From the human T2T-CHM13v2.0 reference genome, Homo sapiens, in the NCBI RefSeq assembly GCF_009914755.1, contig NC_060947.1: a DNA stretch of 64,000 nt, one strand, 5' to 3'. Position 1 is the first letter of the stretch. Each line of letters starts with the position of its first letter. Below, one piece after another: positions 56,433-64,000 of this stretch. The position numbers and the translations under genes are program-made. The notes beneath the pieces were generated by a model. It ran no database searches. It was not told the DNA's origin and saw only the letters and a list, made by a program, of their open reading frames with translations.

Positions 56433-57737
56433 AAAATGTAACACTCCTAACCATATTACGCAAGTTACCCATAAAAAGAACAAGGTGAATATTCTCACAA
56501 AGCTTGTAGACAAATAGAGTCATCTGATGGCTTGATGTTTTGTGTTTATCACACAGGTTTTTTCAACAGCAGTCAGAGCTGCAAAAATCTAAAAACCTAC
56601 TATGTGCTGGGGCTGGGCCAGACATTGTGCTAGACCCTGAAGAGTCAAAGGTAAATAAAACCCAATCCCTGATAACATCAACTTACTTTTCAATTCTGAT
56701 TGCCTACATTTTCTCCAAAGGAATTTGTGGGATGTGTATGTGACAGCAAATAATTTTTTAATGGTCAAACTTTATCTTTGAGAAGTTACAATGGGAGAGC
56801 ATAACTAGTAATACTACTTAAGCTAGATGAGGCACTGGGGGAAGATTATTGGAATGTAGGAACAAAATGTCCTGTCTCCTCTCACTAGAAACTGTACTGT
56901 TATTGCTAATCATTGTGTAAAAATGTTTTGTCATGCACAGCCTGGGTTGATAGGATTCTAGAAAGTCTTTTCCTGCTTTATGGATCACCAGGAGATAAGT
57001 TAGAGGTATCCTTTCATCTACAGATGAAAACTCAGTGGGGAACTCTAATATGCCCATAAACTTTAAGGCACAGATATGAATGTGCTAACATGAAGTAGTG
57101 GTCTCCAGGGAATATGAAGGCCAACCAAACAGTTGCAGGGGTACAGGCCCAAATGCTAGATTAGAACAACACATAGCTAACCCTCACAAAGGGATCCACC
57201 CATTTTTAAAAGCTTCTTAACAGTGCTTCTCATTGTGATTGGTAAAACAAACACACCAACAAAAAGCAACTCAGATACATGTCAAACTATGAATGAAATT
57301 GGTCCAGGAGAATGGGGTAGAGGTGGGGAAGAAAGCAGAAGATACCTTCTCTTTTTTTAAATAAGCATCTGTAAGTGTTTGATATGATCGGGAGTTTTAA
57401 AAATAAATTAAAAAGCTTTGAAAGAGATAAATACAGCCAAAAAACAAGGGGTGAAAAAGTTTTGCACTAAACTGTACTCACAGAGCACAAGAGCGGCAGC
57501 CTTTGGCACCACCTGGGAGACACAGATGGCTTCCCAGTGCAGGTAATGGCCTGGGGGCATGAGTAGGGTCTGCCTGGGCAGGCAATGGGGGTGGCTCTAT
57601 TCTTAAATTAACCAACTGGCTTCCTCTTTCCCCTTCTGTTCCTCCTTCCCTTCTTCTCACCACCCCTTCTTTTACATTTTTTTTATTTTTAATTTTTGTG
57701 AGTATATGGTAGGTATATATATTTATGGGGTACATGA

Positions 57738-58040
<303 letters not shown>

Positions 58041-58366
58041 AAGATGTTTTGATACAGGCATGCAATGCATAATAATCACATCATTCACCACCCCTTATTT
58101 CTCCTTTTTCCTTCAGTAAGGATTTACTGAGTGCTAACTATGTGCCAGGCACAGTTCTGGGCATTAAGGACATAGCAGTGAACATATTATAATAGAGACA
58201 GGCAATCAACAAATACATAGGTGACATATATAGTATGTTAGGTAGTGACCAGGGGGACCACATCTGAAAGCATAAATAGACCAGCATATATACACTCCCC
58301 TACTCTGGGTAGTAAACATCTCACATAAAAGAGACAGCATCATTTTATCTGCCAAGTTTCACTTAC

Positions 58367-58493
58367 TCAGTAAGAATTCCATCTGCTGTGTCTCTTCCTT
58401 CGGGTGTCTCCCAGGACACCCGGACTGTCAGTTTGTTGGGTTCTGCAATGCGTTCCTTCACACTTGGGCACTTGATTCTAGGAGGTTCCATAT
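58367..58493 (-). CDS. SRPX: SRPX exon 5, HYR domain first half (DMEPPRIKCPSVKERIAEPNKLTVRVSWETPEGRDTADGILTD)
   Basis: attttcag| and |gtaagt; 127 nt, phase 1 to 2; DxEPPxIxCP HYR start. Confidence 0.96.
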
Positions 58494-59996
58494 CTGAAAA
58501 TATAACCAAAACATTCTCATCATCATCAAGAAATATCTAGTCAAACTGGGGTTCAACACCCACAGTTTAAAATACCAAAGCCTCTGGGTATTCTCCATTT
58601 TCAAAGAGTTTGTTCACCCTATATATTCCCCTTTTCTCCCTTCATAATGCTTTTACTCTCCTGCTAAGTTTTGAAGATTGTTTAAATACTCACATTTGCA
58701 GGGCTAAACCTGCAATCAACTGGCCTTGCAAGGTGTCCTGTGGGTAATTCATTAGTTACAGCCTTTCCTCCCCATGCTTCCAAACTCTGCCTACCGAAGG
58801 CCACATGGCAGTTACCCAGCTGAAACTAGAAGTCATTTGGCTTTAGTGAGTACTTCCTGCTTTGAACACAGCATCATGGAATATTACAGAAAGGCATTCT
58901 AGCTATCATCTAGTCAGATTCAATTCAAGGCAACAAATTTTTCATGAGTACCAATCTTATCCAAGGCTTCATTCCAACTGCTGGGGTTGGGGGTGCACAA
59001 AGGCAAGAGAATCATGTGCTCCTGACATTTCAGAGAATTTGCCATGTATTGGAGGGATTACATTATCACACATGAAATATAACATGAGGTAGAAAATGGC
59101 AATTGCCCCAGGCAAGGTAAAAGTGAATGCTATGGAGGTGTAGAGGAGCCGCCCAACTCTCTCATTTTACAGATGTGCAAACTGAGGCTCAAAGAACTTA
59201 AATGATTTATTTAAGACCACACATGTAGATAATGGCACTGTGAATTACAATCTAAGTCGGAGCACTTGCCACTGGAACAAGCTCTCTCTCTTCCTGCTAT
59301 CTATTATCAACATATTGCTTAATATCTTAAAATAGGCAATGGTCTGTCTGGGTCCACTCTCCCCTTGAACTGCTACTGAACTACACTTATGGTTTTATGT
59401 TCTGGGACAGCAGTTTTACTGTGGCTCTGGACCTCCAAAAGCCTCCCAAATTTCTTCAAGTAGTTTCTCTACCTGGTAATAGGAGTTCTGCCTCGATAGT
59501 GATAACAAGGATGGGTGGTTAATGAGGGCTCAAAGTAAATGAGATGTCAACTCTACACTGGGTTGTATTTCATCTTATAGCTGAAGTGAAATCACAAGAG
59601 GAAGTTCACATTTCTGCAAATTCTACTTAATATTTCTGAACAGGTAGAGAATGTATTTAAAGAAGGCATAGCAAATTAAGGACATTCAGCTTCATGTTAC
59701 TTTACATATCAACTGATAAGTATTAAGTGCTATTACTGCCTTAATGAAAGTTAAATGTCCTTTTGATTCTGAATGACAGATGTCTTTGAGAGACTAAATG
59801 CACCAAGTAAAATTCTTTATATACTTTCTCCTGTGTCTTGTCTAATAATTTCTCATTTTATTCAGGGTAAGAAGTTACGAATAACTTATTAAACAATTTT
59901 GCCTTCAGCTATCCAAATTCATTTTCATTCTATGTCGTGCTTCAGTGGAGTGTGAACTTAACAGCCTTAATGCACCAATCCTAAATTGAATAACCA

Positions 59997-60102
59997 CCAT
60001 ATTTTGTTGAATCTAAGTCACTCCTAATTGTGAAATGCATCCCTATTTCAGGGATATTAAAAGGTAGAAATAATACGCTTCTCAGAATTGATAAAATAAA
60101 GT
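59997..60102. mobile_element. MER104-like TcMar MITE
   Basis: ccatattttgttgaatctaag...cttctcagaattgataaaata terminal inverted repeats. Confidence 0.55.
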
Positions 60103-60264
60103 ATACAAATACTATGATGAAATGGAAGATGCTTTAAATGCATTCAAGATGTCTATACTCAGCTGTTACGTTTTTAAAAACATTTAATTTTTTACTATGA
60201 TAGGTGATAGAAGACAAACTTTTATAATTCAGATGAACATTTCACAGAAAGACAAGTATATAAT

Positions 60265-60283
60265 GACTGCCCCCTGCTGGTCA
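60265..60283 (-). promoter_or_regulatory. CTCF core motif TGACCAGCAGGGGGCAGTC in SRPX intron 4
   Basis: gactgccccctgctggtca on +; matches the CCASYAGRKGGCRS consensus; isolated GC-rich motif in AT-rich non-repeat sequence. Confidence 0.75.
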
Positions 60284-61365
60284 AATATAGCTGGCAATTA
60301 CATTATAGAAAGTATATTTATTAGCATACAGATTTCAATGTAAAATTACATTGTGTTACCATATTTTCTTGGTGCAGCATGGTCAGAGTGAAAAGCAACT
60401 TAGTCTCTGTCAGGTAAACTAAATGTCTGGATGATACATTGTTGTTTGTTTTCTGTATCTAGATGTACTAACAGTGTAAGCACACAGGCTCCAAGATAGG
60501 TTATCTGGGTGAAGAGTCTCAGAGTTTCCCAAAGCCAGCTTATCTCTAGCTAACAATGATCAGCTGAACTGGCCTAGCTTTTCAGAAACAGTGCTCTTCC
60601 AAAGAAGAAACAAGAAGAAATAAATCATTACAAATAATAACTAATATTGGAGGACTCCTTCCTACATGCCCACCCCATGCTAAGTACCCTCCCTATATTA
60701 TTTTACTGAATTTGCACAACCACCCATTAGACTAAGCAGTGTTATTAGCATCCTCATTTATAGACTGGGAAGAAGCATTTCCTCTCTTTTGGAATTTCTT
60801 TGTGGTCTGGGATTTTTAAATGCCATTACATATTTTAAAGCTATTTTAATAAACCAAACCCTTTTGTGTATCTGCCTGCTGCTGACCTAGTGTTTTCCGC
60901 CAACCTTTGCACACATACTGTTTTGTGATGGTCTGTCATAGCTTCCCCATGAACCCTTGAAGAGCCTCTGCAGGACTTGATCCTGACACATCCTCAAGCA
61001 GCTGCCTTCTCTCTCGGCTGGTGAGACAAGCTGGTCTGCCCTTCAGCTGATGCTCCAGAGACCTAAGCCTGTTATTACCCAGACTTGGCCCCGATAGCAT
61101 TTTATAAGTTATACATTTCCATGAATGAAAGGAACAAAGTTACTATAGAAACATAATTACTATCCCCTGTTGAATTAGGATGCCTGCAATTATATAAAAA
61201 TCTTGAAACCTTCAGTGAAAATTCTGGCCTTTGCTCTCTGCCACATTCATTGGAGACATCTGACAAACTGTCTCCCTTCTCTGTGCTCTAGTTATCTCTG
61301 TGCATATAAAATATGAGATACAAATATATTGCATTGTATCAACTACTATTTATCTAAGAAGCTGA

Positions 61366-61675
<310 letters not shown>

Positions 61676-61729
61676 GAAGCTGAACTATTTACTTGGAAAT
61701 CCTTGACACATCTAACCCGGTAGGTAGTG

Positions 61730-62193
61730 GAAATAAGGAAGAAGCTCAAAAGGACAAAGTCTTGCCCAACAGATAACAATAAAATGCAAGGGAAGTGACC
61801 CTGTGCCAGTTCCAGACCTAGGCCCTCAAAGAATCTGGTGCCTTCTGCTTTCACTATGTTAAAAGCCAGCTGCCATCTAAAGAAGTCCAATTGACTGGAG
61901 AGGCCATGTAATCAGGATGAGAAATTATAAATGAGAGAGAGAGAGAGAAAGAGACTCAGCCAGACCCCAGTCAGTACAACTTTTCCCAACTGAGGTACCA
62001 GACCTGTGAGTGAAGCCATCTTGAATCCTCCAGCTCCACTTGGTCACCTCAACCATTACCACATACAGCAGAGATGAGCTGTCCCCACAGAGCTCTGCCC
62101 AACTTTCCAACCCATAGAATCTTTGAGCAATAACATAGTTGTTTGGAGCCACTAAGTTTTGTGTGGTCTATTGTGCAGCAACAGATCACTGAT
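61730..62193. mobile_element. MLT1 LTR
   Basis: ccagttccagacctaggccctcaaag...gtgagtgaagccatcttg...gccactaagttttg. Confidence 0.7.
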
Positions 62194-62469
62194 GCAAATA
62201 TAAAATAGTTTGAGTTTGGTGATAGAGAAAGGAAGAGTTCTTTTCAAGGGGGCATAGGAAGTGAGTGACTGCCAAATGCAGAACAAACCTGGCCATTGAA
62301 AACTCATCCAGTTGTTTGCTTCCCCCAGCCAGAGCGTAATCTCTGTGGATGGCTCTGGGAAGTGGTTTCCTCTGTTTGGCACCATACAAAAATCCAGAGA
62401 ACTTTCCAAAACAGACAAAAGAGGCAAGAAGGGAGGCAATGAAATCCACATTTAAAAGTCATGATCATA

Positions 62470-62615
62470 GCCGGGTGTGGTGGCTCATGCCTGTAGCCCC
62501 AGCTACTCAGGAGGCTGATGTGGGAGGATCACTTAAGCCTGGGAGTTCAAGACCAGCCTGGACGACATAGCAAGAGGCCAGCCTGGGCAACATAATGAGA
62601 CCTCATCTCTAAAAG
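62470..62615 (+). mobile_element. Alu left monomer (FLAM/AluJ-like) with internal duplication of ccagcctgg
   Basis: gccgggtgtggtggctcatgcctgtag...gagttcaagaccagcctgg...ccagcctgggcaacata. Confidence 0.75.
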
Positions 62616-64000
62616 TCAACATCTTCACAAGAAAGAAGCCCAAATAAAAATTCATTGGTGATACATTTATATTAGAGAGAGCCACTAAAAGTTGACCTGT
62701 TCTGTTTGTACTAACAAATCATGTAAGGGAAAAAGTGAATCAGTATCTCAGTCAATCAAGTTGTTTTAACTGAAACTAGCCTCTGAAAGTTTGCAAAAGA
62801 ATGTGTATTTGTCAACCCAGGAAGAATTTAGCACAATTTAACATCATTTGCAACAATGCATGGATACATTTATTCTTAGCCCTACTGATGTTTGCATCAA
62901 CTGAATAATGCAATGCAGCCCAGCAATAATGCAATGATCCCATTCCTATGGGTCATTGGGTAAACCAGCTGTGAGACAGCTGGGACACAAGAAACGTATG
63001 CCATCAATTTCCATATATTACATCTCCAAAATGTTTTATTCCAGAATTTCATTTGTGTTAATAAATCTCCACCTATTCTACTCTGTAGAAAACAAAAAAA
63101 TAAGTGAGCAAAAAATAAAATATATTTATTTAAAAATATTTTTTCCTTGATAGATAATTAGAACTTAAATGTGTTGTCTGGTCACTTTATTACAATCCGT
63201 TCCACAGGGCAAAAAGGAAAGTTTGTACATTGTCTTTTGTTAAAGTAATTAAATGGATACTCTCTGAATGTCAAAAGACCTTTGCTGGTTTTTCATTGTC
63301 CGTGGTTTTTAAAGTATCTTTAATTTGTTTTCTTCCTGTTTTGGCCTAGGAAGAAGTGTTGGTCTAAAGGAGAGATCATGTGTCTACTCAAAATCTGGTC
63401 TTTACATGAGGACTTGTTGTGATTCCAACTGTTCATTGTTCTATCTAAATGCCAACATAACCAAAAATAACTAAAAATGGAAAGAAAGAAAAATATCCCC
63501 CGAAAACAATAGTGGTTACATTCTAAGGTTTATTTTCTTCCAGATCAATGGAGGTTGTGGCTCTTCAAAGACTTTTTACCCTCCTGCAATTTGCAGTATT
63601 TTTTTTCCTCCTACATTGACTTATTTTTATCTATATCTGTTTCTGAAATAACTATGAATTTCAGCTCATTGCCAGAGTATGGTCTGTGTAAGAGAATTAA
63701 TTTTAACTTGTGGCACCTTCAAATTAGCCAGACCACAGAACTGACCACCTCAGAGTCCAAAGTAAGCCCAGTCTTCTCTCTTCCCTCACAGTCTAGAAGA
63801 GAACTGGGACAACTTTCTCACCACTCAGTACAGCTCTGGCCAAGACTGTTGAAGGTTGTGTGGAAATCTGGGAACTACTTAGCCACTATGTGTCACCTCC
63901 TAAAATAGGTTGAAGTTCTGAGTTACGCTCAAGGACCCCCTACCCCTGTCAACACAAAAACAAATTTATTAAACTATTTTAATACATTTAAAGCCAAAAA

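Overview
Human (hominid) X-chromosome DNA, Xp11.4, with two convergent (tail-to-tail) genes. On the + strand are the last seven coding exons and 3' UTR of SYTL5 (synaptotagmin-like 5, tandem C2A/C2B domains, ending ...GKCRL*; poly(A) signal 22387). On the - strand are exons 5-10 and the 3' UTR of SRPX (HYR, third sushi and C-terminal domains, ending ...SQTCNT*; poly(A) signal ~42960). I translated all 13 exons by hand; every junction is GT-AG and reading phases join correctly. The rest is largely Alu, L1, L2, MIR, MaLR/ERVL LTRs and hAT/TcMar relics; repeat family calls are by eye and boundaries are approximate. Most notable: SRPX encodes Phe at codon 413 where I recall Ser in the reference; an unexplained ~144-bp foldback at 37385-37528; a decayed, L1-interrupted ~144-codon frame with AATAAA plus A-tail between 60-bp direct repeats (41190-42080); a very young AluYc-type insertion; a strong CTCF motif; and an Alu layout compatible with a stop-free SRPX exon 5-7 circle. 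I see no firm evidence of a new biological system; these are leads to test.
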